Notes: generated by a model not told the origin, from the letters alone. DNA of 64,000 nucleotides from Vitrella brassicaformis CCMP3155 (GCA_001179505.1 CDMY01000581.1:1-64000); one strand, 5' to 3'. Positions 13,142 through 25,243 are shown, counted from the stretch's first letter. Program-made: numbers and translations.

Positions 13142-13213
13142 GGGCCTTGCCGTGATTCGAACACGGGGCCTTCCGCACCCGAAGCGGAAATCATACCACT
13201 AGACCACAAGGCC
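13142..13213 (-). tRNA. trnP-CGG: tRNA-Pro (anticodon CGG), no intron
   Basis: Minus strand reads GGCCTTG TGGTCTAGTGGTATGAT TTCCGC TT-CGG-GT GCGGA AGGC CCGTG TTCGAAT CACGG CAAGGCC C. The cloverleaf is complete with A and B boxes, followed by T-runs as a Pol III terminator. Confidence 0.97.
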
Positions 13214-13651
13214 GGCTACCTACTCGTTGGACACAACCTAATCTTGTCCATGTGCCGCAGATGTGCCCGACGGAGCTCTATTTCCGCGGAATATCCGGTT
13301 AGCACAGCTTCCTCCGGAGGCCAAGATCTCGAGATCTGATCGTCATTAGACGAGGCTGCTGAGCGCCACTCAGCTACAGCAAGATTGAGACGGTCGAGTC
13401 TACTCACACCTGAGGTACACACACGAGGGCACACAGGCATCCACATCCACATCTGTACAGACGCATACGCACAGAGCACACGTATGAGCATTCACTCACT
13501 GTGTTGTGCTCTGTGGTGCTGTGTTGTGTTGTGTTGTGTGTGCTGTGTGTGGTTTTGGTGTAGGTGTAGGTGCTGTGCAGTCCTGTCGTGTGGTGGCTGT
13601 TGCCATCGCTTCAGTTACTTTGTTGTGTTGATCGTTCATCCCACTCACTCT

Positions 13652-14327
13652 ATGGACGTCCCGCCTCACCAAGCCAGAACGGCCCCCGAGCTGCCGGCGT
13701 GCAGGCTGTTCAAGTCCTCGAATTCCTCGGATGGGCGGCCACTCTCAAGCGAGCGAGACACGGGGACATGGCCTCCGTCTTCTCCGTCTTCAGCAACGGC
13801 AGGGAGAAGATCTGGTCACTTCTCGGCAGGCCCTGCCCTGCCCTGCCTACGTGAGTCGAAACTCGTCCCCGTGGGCCAGCCGGCTCAGCCACGACCCGCC
13901 ATTCAAGCACATGTGGAGCCTTGACAAGCTGTCCAGGAGCGGCGGGCGCCTTCGGCATCAAACGGAAAGGGCTGGGAGGGCGGGGGAGTATCAGGCCGGA
14001 CGATTAGGTCCCAGGACGGCAGCGATCAGACGGTCACTCACACCACCCTGACGCACGCACACACATGTCACCAGGGAGACCATCACCCGAGTGTCTGTGT
14101 GTGTGTGTGTCTGCCTGACTGTGTGCAGATGCGTACGGTTGTTAGCCTTGAGAAGCCGTTCGTCATCAAAGTCTCAAGGTCCCCTGCGCCTGACCCACTC
14201 TCGGGTTGCGTATGTCCAAGTCCACGCCCTCGTCTTGGTCGTCGACGGCACAGACGATGGCACATGGCTTACAGCTGCCTGTGGTGTTTTTTGTTTGTGT
14301 ATGAGTGTCCGCTCGCCTGTTAGTTAA
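13652..14327 (+). CDS. Probable small spliced gene, reading frame not resolved
   Basis: Plus-strand donor/acceptor signals occur near 13415, 13851, 14033 and 14128, with short GC-rich exon-like blocks. No consistent long protein or family could be assembled. Confidence 0.25.
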
Positions 14328-14404
14328 TTTGGTGGTACTGTACTGTACGTGTGTTAATTGTGATATATATATAGGCGTGCAATTGTGATGGATCGTCGTG
14401 TGTA

Positions 14405-14498
14405 CGTACACGTGTGTGTACGTAATCGTGCCTGTCGTACACGTGTGTGTCTCATTGACGACATTGATTGATTGACGTCACGTGCACTCACTGATTGG
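14405..14498 (+). promoter_or_regulatory. Candidate promoter motif cluster upstream of the 14509 gene
   Basis: Two copies of CGTACACGTGTGTGT (14405, 14436). Overlapping TGACGTCA (14473-14480), CACGTG (14479-14484) and GTGCAC (14482-14487). ATTGG just upstream of the ATG. Confidence 0.3.
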
Positions 14499-14508
14499 TT
14501 CACTGACA

Positions 14509-17212
14509 ATGAGTGAGTGTGGGTTGAGCGTGTCGTCGCGTGGCGACAGCAGCAGCAGCTGCAGCTCTGTGGTGCGGGTCGTGTCGAGCGAGGCGGAGGG
14601 CGGCGGGCAGTTTGTGCGAGTCACTGCCGTGTGGTCCTCACTGCCCGCCTACAAAGTCGGCTCCGCCGGCAACGGGTGAGTGAGTGAACGAATGAGTGAG
14701 CTTTCCTGACTCATCCATCCATTCATCCATTCATTCATTTATGGTGTGTGTGTGTGTCTATGTGTCTGTGAGGTATGCGACGGCTGCTGTGGTGTTCCTT
14801 GACACGCCGGGCGAGCAGACGGCAGCCGTCTTCAGCCACGCCCTCGGCCATGCACTCGTCAAGGTCACAGAGCTCGTCACGTTCCAATCGCAGCCGTAAG
14901 CCAATGCCCACACATGCACTGGGTCGGCATACTCGCTGACTGGTCGTGTGTGTCTCTGTCTGTCTGTCTGTCTGTCTGCAATCAATTAGGTATGTGTATG
15001 TTGGTGGTGGTTCTGGCATGAATGTGACGCTCAACTGCACCCAACAGCCGTCACTCATCAGTAAGACAGCTCAGCTGGACAGCGGATGGGAGGCTAATCT
15101 CTGTGTGTGTGTGTGCTCAGGCTTCATCGAGCATGCCAAGCGCAAGGCCAGGTGAGTGAGACATGGAATGACACACACGCATCTCTGTCTGTCTCCATCT
15201 GTGTGTGTGGCTTCTTTCCATTCCAGGTCGTTCAAGGAGCACGTCAAGTCGGGCCGGATCTACGACTCCATGTGAATCAAGTGCACGGGCCTGCCTGTCC
15301 TCTCGCTCGACACGAACGATCACGCCGACCCCGACAAGGCGACGCTGCGCTGCTCGTCCCTCCTCGACAGTGTCGTGTCAGTCACCATGCATCACACAGA
15401 CACACCCACGCTGCTCGGTATGTACAGACACACACATCCATCCATCCACACAGGCATCCACTGTGGCATGCATCAGATGTGTCTGAGGCTGTGTTGTTCT
15501 CGTCCAAACCTCTCGTGTTCTTCCCCACGCATCGCCTCATACTCAACTGCATCCATCAGAAGCACATCTACGAGTGGGTCAAGCGGCGGGTGTCGCCGGA
15601 GCTCTGCATGTCGTCCACGAAGAGCGCCAAGGAGGTCAGCCCACCCAGCAACCAAACACACGCACCACTTGGTGCATTGGATGCATCCATCAGGCGGGTG
15701 ACAGTCTGATCAGCGGTGGCGGCCAGGCCACTGGCGTAGACGTGTCGGGGTCCCCCACGCGAGCGATCTCAGCCAAGCCGTCGATGGCTCAGACGATCGC
15801 CCAGGACAATCTCATCACACCCAAGTGAGACAGCAACACCACCGGCAACACGCATCTACTCATGCATGTGTGTGTGTGTGTGTGTGTGTCGCAGGGATTC
15901 GGTGGCCCATGTGGTGGAGTGCGAGGAGAGCAGCGACAGTCTCGACGGCGTGTCGGCCTCGTCGTCCGATGCTGCTGATGCTGAGGAGGCGGAGGATGTG
16001 CTGTCGTTCCCACCCACGCCCTTCTCGTCTGTGCGCTTCCCTCCCCCCGACTGCCCGCCACACATCGACATGGCCCCACCCGCCCTCTTGGCCTTCGAGT
16101 TGTGCTTCGCTGCCAACGACAAGATGAAGATGCACGCGGTAAGCCACACACACACCCACAACGCATGTATCGACCGACTCCTTTATGTGTGTGTATGTGT
16201 ATTGCAGGTGGAGGTCGCGCCGATGAGCAATCCGGCACACACGGTCTTCGCACCGCCCGACTCGGTGTAGGCAGCCGGCAGATGAGATGCACACACTCAC
16301 ACTTACGTGGCTGAGATGGATATGTATGTGTGTATCTGTCCGTCCATCCAGTGAGATTGAGTTTTGGCTGGAGTCATGCAACAAGCAGACACCCGTCGTG
16401 ACACAAGCCGTCGCGAGCTTCGAGGTCACCAAAGCATGACGCACACGACAGGCATCTCTGACTGTCTGTCTGTCTGTGTGTGTCCGATTGCAGGCCGATC
16501 ACGCGTGTCAGATGTCGTGCTGCGCTGGTGATGAGCTCGTCATCCACATGCGCACCACAACGCAGTGGACATACGCAACTCACGCCATCTCTCGTCTGTC
16601 TGGGTGAGGCCAGCACACACACATTCACATGTGTCGATGTGCAATGGTTGTGCAGGTGGGTGCCGACGTGTGTGTCCGATGCCGATGTGGTTCGAGTGTG
16701 AGATACAGAATGTCGTCTGCCAGAACGTCGTCACCATCCTCAACCCGCCGTCTCGTGTGAGTGGCCAAGCCCGACAGACAACCAACACTCTGTGTACTTG
16801 TGGATGCCTTTGTGTGTGTGTGGTGTCAGCGTGTGTGCTTTCCGGCGTTGCAGTGCTCCGTTGGCGACAAGGTGGTGATGATGCAACATGGGGCCGTCAG
16901 GACACACACTCAGGGCGCGTGTCAGTGCTCGTCAGGGCATACGGACAACCGCACAGAGAGGGGTAAGGGCACACACACACACACACACACACGTCGCCGC
17001 ATTGTATGTCCGGCAACCACACTTCAGCTACGTGAACTGCGCTGACATCGGTCTGCCCATCCCCCACAGCAAGACACGACAGGTGAGGACAGAGTCTGGC
17101 TGCACGATGGCCTCTGTGTGTGGGTGTCACTGTGTCTCCTGCACGGTGTGTGTGTATCTGTGTGTGTTAGGTGTGGAAGAAGCTGGGGCATCCGGTGCTC
17201 ATGAAGGAGTGA
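14509..17212 (+). CDS. Multi-exon hypothetical protein with an in-frame TGA at 15273-15275 and SH3-like segments near the C-terminus
   Basis: Exons 14509-14675, 14773-14895, 14990-15060, 15121-15151 and 15227 onward splice in phase to give ...SFIEHAKRKARSFKEHVKSGRIYDSM*IKCTGLPVLSLD..., and strong GC3 bias continues past the TGA. Later exons give LILNCIHQKHIYEWVKRR, CAGDELVIHMRTTTQWTYA and the final VWKKLGHPVLMKE*. The 3' exon structure is less certain. Confidence 0.6.
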
Positions 17213-17859
17213 TCGGTGTCAATCGGACAGACAGAGACGAGCAGACACTCAGACCGACAAACAGCGAGCAACAGACACTCAGACAGAGACAGCAGACAGA
17301 CAGACAGACAGACAGACACACATGGACAGGTCGATCCATGAGCATTCACTGGGGAGGCAGATCATCCCTGGGTGCTTAGAATCACACGGGAGAAAGAGGG
17401 ACGACCACACCAATCAACATATCCCTCTGCTCACGCATACGCACCAGCTGGCAAGATGACCGACAGGACAGTCCCCCAACACAATTCAATCCAGCCGTAT
17501 GATGGGCGGCGGGTATTGGTGCGTCCTCACAGTCCACTTCAGATCGCACCATACCAGGTCTCGTTATCCATAGCACACGCAGATGCCTGTGTCTCTCTAA
17601 GCGCATGTGGATGTATGTGAATGTTCAGGTCGATTGCTCGGGAGCGATGTGCTGTCCGGGGCAGCATCGGCAGGGAAGCGGACACTCTCGCATTTGAGAC
17701 GCGGAGATCTTTTGGTGTGTGGGTGAACAAACGAATCAAAATTACGAAGGCAAACGAACAAACTTAACCGTCAGCACAAACAAAGGTCCCATACACAGAC
17801 AAACACTCGATCGTCCATTGACACAAGTAAACATCAGACATTCTCTGTCTGAGGCTCGC

Positions 17860-19319
17860 TCATTGGTCGTCCAGCAGGTACGGCAGGCCCAGCCTCTCCA
17901 CCACGTCGTTGGGCAGCGCATACACCGGATGCACGCCCTTGAGCCCCTCCACAGCCTTGAGCAAAGACAGGCCAGCGATGCCGAAGAACGTGTGGAACAC
18001 GTCGGCCATGTCGTCAGGCCTGTCGGCGATGCCCCCGCCCCTGTCGTCCTGACTCGCCAGGATGAAGGCCGCGAGTTTCTTCCCATCGATCCAGTGCAGC
18101 CGCCCGATGATGGCCAGGGACGACAGAATCCACCACGAGTAACACACGTCGGGCGCCTTCTCCGGCCGACCGTTGAAGCCGCCGCCCTCTGTCTGCCGTT
18201 CGCACAGCCACCATCCCAGCCGATCGGCATCCGCAAAGTCCAGCGCGTCCGCCAGTGCGAGGGCGCCGACGCAGCAGAAGGTGTAGGCGGCGTGCGACTC
18301 GGACCCAGGGATGCTCGAGAAAGCACCGTCAATGTTCAGACATCTGATAAGGACACACACACACACACACCAGCCGATTGGGAAGGAAACGGGGCATGGA
18401 GTCCGTGTGTGTACTGTCTGGCTGACCGCCCACCTGTGCACGAATGCGGCGGCTTTTGTGACGTCGATGAGGTCGAGCCGGTCCAGGATGGTCAGACAGG
18501 ACAGACCACAATACGAAAACCTACACATGATCGGACACCCGATGGATCAGCTAGACCATGTGCAGACCTTTGACTGGCTGGCTGACCTGGTGTCCACCTC
18601 TCCCCACTCGTCACCACGAAACGAGCCATCCTCGTTCTGACGAGTCCACACACACAGCCGAGCCGACACATGCATTCACTGTCTGTGTGGGCGTCTGGCG
18701 AGGTGTGTGAGCACCTGCATGGATGCGATCCAGTGAGCCACTTTGTCACGGTCCAGCAGATCCAGCCGGCCAACCACACACAATATCAGCACTGCATACT
18801 GCAGGGATGCACACACAACACCAGAGCAGACAGCACAGCAACGAATCCATCCATCCATCCATCCCATGTGCCTCCCTCTCGCTCTGTCTGTCTGCTCACG
18901 TGTGTGTTAGTGATATGCGGGTCGTGCTGAATGTTTGCCCCGAAGCCCCCACTGGGATGCTGGCACTTCATGATCCACCCAACCAACTCATCCATCTGAC
19001 CCTTCAACGACGGACCCGCCAAGCTGCCCGACGCATCCTTGCCACCCTCGCCATCACCGCCACCACCACTGCCACTGCCACCCTCCTCTCGTTTGTCAGG
19101 CCCGGCTGCCGCCGCCTCATCTTTGCCGTTCTTGTCTGTGTTGAGTCTGTCCATGAGTGCCAGTGCAGTGATGCCCCAGTAGGCGCCTCCCATCCTCAGG
19201 TGCTCTGACATCACGTACTCCAGGCTCTCCTTGTCGTCTTCAAGCGTCCGGATGAACCGCTCGTTCAGCGACCACAGGAATTCAGTCGGGAATTTCGGTG
19301 CTGATGATGCGGCTGCCAT
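17860..19319 (-). CDS. RABGGTB: Rab geranylgeranyltransferase (GGTase-II) beta subunit
   Basis: [95 protein letters not shown]. Confidence 0.96.
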
Positions 19320-19459
19320 CCTGACGTGCTGCAGCTGACGTCTGGTCGCAAAAGCGGCGAGATCTGCCTCAGAGGTGCGAGCTGAAAACCAACTCTCCCT
19401 TGAAGGCTGCCTGCAACAGCTGAATCTACAGCTGATCTACGCTTTGGTTTGCCGTTCGT

Positions 19460-21309
19460 ATGTTCAGGCATGATCCTCTGCCTTTCACGACACGACTCCT
19501 CTGGAAGCATTTTGTGACCATTCTGCTGAGTGTTGGCAGCCGACACTCGCTTCTGCAAGAGGTATCGGCGCTCTCGAGTCGGCTGTCGAGTACTTTTGTC
19601 CCAGTGTCGCATCGGCGCTCCTGCTTCATGTGCACGACGACGGCCGGCAGCAAGAGGGTGGCTGTGATAGGGGCCGGAGCAGGTAGGGATTACAAAACAG
19701 CAACACCAGCCAGCGACCCATTGTTGCTCGTGTGTGTTTGGGTTGTCGCTGCAGGTGGTCTGGTGGCGGCAAAGCTGCTCCGTGACGACGGGTTTGCCGT
19801 CAGGGTGTTTGAGTCGGCCGACCAGCTGGGCGGCATATGGGTGTACGACAAGGCATCGCCACTCTACAAGTCGCTGCGGACAAACATCCCAAAAGAGATC
19901 ATGGCCTACTCCGACTTCCCCTTCGACGCAGGCCTCCCGTCGTTCGTCAAGCACACGGACGTCCTGGCTTATCTGCGGTCGTACGCCGACCACTTCGCCC
20001 TTCACGACATGATCAGCCTGTCCACGCCTGTAGAAACAGCCGAGTATGTGAGTGGGGAGAGCGGCCAAGGGTGGAGAATCAACGGCGAGGAGGCCCTGTA
20101 TCCCTCGCTGTTTGTGTCTAATGGACACTACAACACGCCGCGGTATCCCAGGCTGGTCAAGAATGAGTTTCGTGGCCTGGTGACGCACTCCAAGTTCTAC
20201 AAAGAGCCGTCGCCTTATGCTGATCAGCGTGTGCTGGTGGTGGGGGGCGGGCCCAGCGGAGTAGGTAAGCAAACACACAAAACAGCAATCAGAGGAAGGA
20301 AGGACACACGGGTCCTCTCCGCTCATTCGTCTTCTGCCGGTGCATCAGATCTGGCATGGGAGCTGCACAGCGTGGCCAAGTCAGTTGTGTGGGCCGACAG
20401 CTCATTCGCAGACCCCGAGACGGCAGAGGCGACAAAAAGCAAGTTGCCCAGCAACGTGGAGCTGGTGGGTCGTGTGGAGGGGTTGGAGGAGGACGGGCGC
20501 TATCTCGTGATTGGTCCGGACGGCTCCACTGTGACGAGCGACGACCGAGTCGACGCCGTCATTTGGGCAACGGGCTACAAATACGGTATGGAGGCGATGC
20601 ACAACGGTCTACGCGATGCACCCCGCTTCGCATATAGCAAGACAGGCAGACGGCAAATGCTGCACGGCCACCCGTGTGTTTGTGTCGCTGCTTCTGGCAG
20701 ATTTTCCGTTCTTTTCTCCGTCAAGCGGTCTGATCCCGTCCACAGATGGCTCCCCCCAGCCCCTGTTTGACTCTCTCTACGTCCATCTGTTCCACAAGGC
20801 CCACTCGGCCAGCCTGTTCTTCCTCGGCCTGCCTGTGCGCATCATCCCCTTCCCCATGATGGAGTCGCAGACCAAGGCTGCCATCGCCGTCATGAAGGGA
20901 CGCGTCAAGACCGAGGTGAGGCAACGCATGGAAGACAGACAATCGCATGTTTGTTATGTGGTGTGTCACGTGATTTCTTTATCCATGTCAGGATTTGGCC
21001 TCCTTGCCCGTGTTTCCCTGGGTGATGAGCAACGAGCAGTTCCCCTACTGTGCCCTGCTGGAGCAGCTGGCCAAGGGCACACACCACTCCTTCCCCCGCT
21101 CGACCGACCCGGCCAACGACCCCACATATGACACCATGAAGCTGCCGCGAGACATCGAGCTGCGCCGCCAGATGTATGCCGACTCGTCGCTGGCGAAGAG
21201 GAGGGTGCCTGGCAGATACAGAGAGAGGAACTATCGTGTGCTGGGGGCCAAGGGGGAGGGGGAGATTGAGTGGGAGGTGACGGAGGTGCCCGAGCCGGTG
21301 GCGGCATGA
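19460..21309 (+). CDS. Flavin-containing monooxygenase (FMO family) with an N-terminal targeting-like extension
   Basis: RVAVIGAGA|GGL FAD-binding motif (spliced), GGIW...LYKSLRTN, FMO fingerprint FRGLVTHSKFYK, NADPH motif VVGGGPSG, DAVIWATGY. Confidence 0.93.
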
Positions 21310-21554
21310 GAAAGGGGAGGGCGAGTCTATGGTGTCGCTCTCTGCATGCAGTTTTGGTGATGCGTGTGGGCGTGGTGGTAAGCAGTTTTGGGTGCGAGAG
21401 ACGAGTTCTTTTGCTCGTGTGTGATGGTGTGTCGATATTTGTGCTGTTGCTCATGAAGTGCCTGCTGTAATGCATGTATGGAGACTGACATTCTTCGCCC
21501 AGTGAAGCGGCTGTTCTGGCTGACAAATGAAGGAACATGCACAATCGTGTCCGT

Positions 21555-22811
21555 TCACCCAGCAGCGGCTCTCTTTTGTCTTGTCCTCTCGCACGTCAGC
21601 CGAGCGTGCATCTTCCTGGAAGCACACAACGATCAAGGGACATACAGCAAACATGAGCGTGTGGCTCACCTGGTGACCCACCGAAGCTTCTCGAGTCGAT
21701 TGTTGGATGGGTTGCTGTCGATGTGGTCGACCTCCAGCTCACTCTCGTCGTTGCCCTCTTCTATCAGTCGTCTCTTCTGCTCATACAGAAACACCTCTGC
21801 AACCAACCGGTGAACGAGAAAGTTCTGTCCACTAAGCTTGACAGGACAGTATCCCCCAGAATGCAAATAGCCACATGTTTGATGACCGTTCGTGTGCTCT
21901 ATGCGCCCCATGTTTGACACCATTGGCAGCCGCCCCCTCTTGCATCGATCATGAAGGAAGGTAATGCCACGGAACTCCTCTCCTGGCATGCTTGCTGTGT
22001 CCTCAGTCACATAACTCAGACACCAGCCGTCGAGTGGTCTGCCGGTTCGCAGCCGAGATGAAACTGTGTCAGAGCTGACGCTAAAGTGCTTGGCTGTAAG
22101 GGCTAGTGAGCGGAAAATGCGTTGCTGTCCTGTTTGATCGTGAGTAGCCGTCACCCTCCGTGCCCCCCCGTGGACATTGCGAGGCCTTGCAATGGTTCTG
22201 TGTGTCTTGATGACATGCTCTTTCGGCGTCATCCACTGCAAATTCGACACATGATTGTTCCTGGTGCTGCCGTCGATGTGGTCCACTTGAAGCTTCGAAG
22301 AAACGGAGGATCCGTGGTGTCTGATCAGCTGCCGCTTCTGCTCTTGCAGGAAGGTCTCAGCCACAAGGCGGTGGACGCGACAGTTCTTCCCGCTGATTTT
22401 AACGTAGAAGTAGCCCTTCATGATCCAGCCTCGCGTCAGCCCGACTTTGGGCGTCCATATGTTGCCGTATGTCGAGACCTGAACGCCCAGCTTCGCCAAG
22501 CCATCGATCTCGGGAACCGGCCGCCATTTCTCTTCTGGCCCCCTCGGAGGCTCCAGGTCATCCGATGCGGGCGGCGGCGGGGATCCACTCGATGTGCTGT
22601 CACCCTCGCTGCCATCGATGGAATGCTGGCTGTACTGCCGCTGCTGGAAGGTCCAGATGGACGCATGCCATTGCAGAGGGTTGCCATAGGGAAGCCCACA
22701 AGAAAAGAGCGCCGAGGCTGCTGCCGCTCGGAATGTGACATCAGATTGACGCCGTAGGGATGTCTGGATGCTCCTGCAGAGATATGAGTCGAAGAAACGC
22801 CACGTCGCCAT
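21555..22811 (-). CDS. HNH homing-endonuclease-like protein: two NUMOD4-like/HNH units separated by a NUMOD1-like HTH, with an N-terminal presequence
   Basis: Unit 1: EKWRPVP...VSTYGNI...VHRLVAETF...VDHIDGSTRNNHVSNLQWMTPKEH. Linker: RVTATHDQTGQQRIFRSLALTAKHFSVSSDTVSSRL. Unit 2: EEFRGI...VSNMGRI...VHRLVAEVF...VDHIDSNPSNNRLEKLRWVTR. One probable intron at 21616-21669 precedes a short last exon. Confidence 0.88.
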
Positions 22812-22905
22812 CGCCCAATCTCGAACGTTACATGCTCGCTTAGCGCGCCTTCTGCCCTTCCCATCCCTCCCTCTGCGTCCGTCCGCATCGTCGCTGACTG
22901 TCACC

Positions 22906-24104
22906 ATGGTGAAGTTGGAGAAGAGCGGGATCGAGGCATGGTACATGAAGGATGAGGTGGAGGACCAGGTTAGATCACCTTGGGGAAGGGCAGACACGCA
23001 AGCACAAGAGATGCAGGGCAGACAAGCAGGCAGCGAGCAGCCATCTGTCAGATCTGTGCGTGTGCGCATCTGTTTGTGTGCTCTGTTGTGTGTGCTGCAT
23101 AGCGTGCTGAGAATCGTTGTGATCCGAATGAGCCCGTGGGTGTCGAGGAGCTGTCAGCACTGGGCGTGGACTCGTGGAAACTGGTACGGCGGATGCGCAA
23201 ACAAAGGGCACCTGCAGGGGCGGCGGTACACGTGTGTGTGTGTGTGTCTGTGTGTCAGAGTGGCACAGAGGATGACAAGGAGTTGGAGCAGATCCGCAAG
23301 GACCAAGACTACAACTACAATGACGTCATCACTTGCTGTTAGCTGGCCAACACGCAGACGCACACGCACACAGAGGCGCTCACGATGCCTTTCCCTTGAT
23401 GTGTGTGGTAATGCAGCGCCCGAGAAGCTCCCCAACTACGAGGCCAAGCTCAAGGTGATTACACACACACAACACAACGTGCCACTTGCCCACATCGACC
23501 CACACACAAATACGTACGCCTCCCCTGCCCGCCTTGTTTCCATCTGTGTGTAGACGTTTTTCGAGGAGCACATCCACGCGGATCCCGAGGTCCGATATGT
23601 GCTGGAGGGGTCGGGCTACTTCGACGTCCGCGACAAGCAGGACAGGTGGATCCGCATCGACTGCAAAGAGGGACACCTCATCACACTGCCGGCCGGTGAG
23701 TGAGGGAGGGAGGAACCAGCGAGAAACGACAGATGGCCAATAGGCCACGCGAAAGGGTATGTATCTCTGTGTGTTCAGGTATCTTCCACCGGTTCACTTT
23801 GGACAGTTCCAACTACATCAAGGCGATGCGGCTGTTCCAGGGCGAGCCCGTGTGGACGCCAATCAACAGGGGTGAGGGCGCTGAGGAACACGACGCACGG
23901 AAACTATACGAAAAGGTGCAAACAAAGCCACACACGCACACACACGCACACAACACAAAAGCCAGGTTTTGTGCCTCATTTGTCGTGCTGTCTGTCTATT
24001 TTGGCCAGGCCTACCAGCCGAGCAAGAAGGCCAAGATCGATGCAGGCGGTGATGACAAGCCAGTCGCCAACGGGCATGCACCTGAGGTGGCCGCTGAGGC
24101 GTGA
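22906..24104 (+). CDS. ADI1: Acireductone dioxygenase (ARD/ARD', methionine salvage)
   Basis: [12 protein letters not shown]|[35 protein letters not shown]...LPAG|IFHRFTLD...[18 protein letters not shown]. The cupin metal ligands H-x-H...E...H are present. Confidence 0.96.
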
Positions 24105-25243
24105 CGCAGAGGACCGACCAGACAAGCGGTCGGGAAGTAGTGTGCAGTGGCTGACTGGGTGCATGGTGTGACTTGCTTTGGTGTTTGTGCTTCTCATCCT
24201 TGAGTGGGGTTGTTGCGATCTAGCTTTGTGGCTGCATCCGGTAAGGGGAGTGCCCATGCTGGGTGCACTTCCATCTCCGGATGGGGACGGGAGCGAGGTC
24301 AAGCCAACACCCACACAAGGCAGAACACGGGTCGGAGTTGGGCGGATGGGTAAGAGAGACACATTCGGGCAGTAGAGTGGAGCCAGAAGAGTGAGTCGAG
24401 AAGTCAGCAAGATCGTTGACCTGTTGTGACCTGGTGCATCGATGGATGTGCCCTCTTGCATGTGTGCCTCTCCAGCCGCAGCACCACAGCAGGGCAGTGC
24501 AACACACATGCACCAGCCTTGCTGTGTAGCTGCAGTTGGAGAGAGGCACTGCATGAGGCGCACAGTCGACGCACTGCTTATTTCAGTCTTGTTGTCTCGA
24601 GAGGTCTGTGTGCGAGTGTGTGAGTGAGTGAGTGGCGTTGGTTTTGCCTCTCTGCGTGCCAAAACACACATGCAATTTTGCGTTGTGCAGTGCCTGGCCG
24701 TGCCCGACTGGTGCAGTGTGTGAGGAGTGTTTCATGGGATTCGTGTGCTTGCGTGTTGAGATGAGATATAAGACGACACCCGTTTATGTGAGTTAATGTC
24801 ATCCATGGCCAAATTGATTGAACGGCGCACACAAAGCAGAGGAAAGAGCACCTATCTAATAATGCAGCAGCAGCATAGAGTCACATCCAATCACTCCCTC
24901 AGTCAGTCACTCACTCACTGACAGGCTCTGTAGGCATCAATCAGATGCAGACGAGAAGGCAGCGAGGGAGAGGGAGGCAGGGAGGCAAAGAGGGAGGGGG
25001 CACTCACACGTAGGCAGACGGCGACCAGCAATGCAATGCAATGCACACCCATGATGGCTACACAACACAACCGACCGACTATGAAGGGAGGAAGATACAT
25101 ACATACATACAAAGGTGCCACGGAATTACATACGGAAAGAAGACCGACGGCAGCCACCTAGCCTAGCCACTCCCTCTCTGTGCATCCATCGTATCGCTCC
25201 TTCTATCGCATCCATCGGTTCATCCAGCCATCCAGTGGTTCAC

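Noticed and set aside
13216-13491. Minus-strand ORF ending 3 nt before the tRNA
   Set aside because: There is no room for a 3' UTR, no consistent upstream exon phase and no recognisable motif. Splice signals fit the plus strand at least as well.
17338-17382. ATGA-initiated hairpin downstream of the TGA-containing gene as a possible SECIS
   Set aside because: The 3' GA of the quartet is out of register by several nucleotides and there is no apical AA, so it does not fit the canonical SECIS model by eye.
22812-23069. N-terminal extension of the 467-aa HNH ORF in the ORF track
   Set aside because: It overlaps ADI1 exon 1 and intron 1 in antisense. The Met at 22811 gives a coherent presequence.
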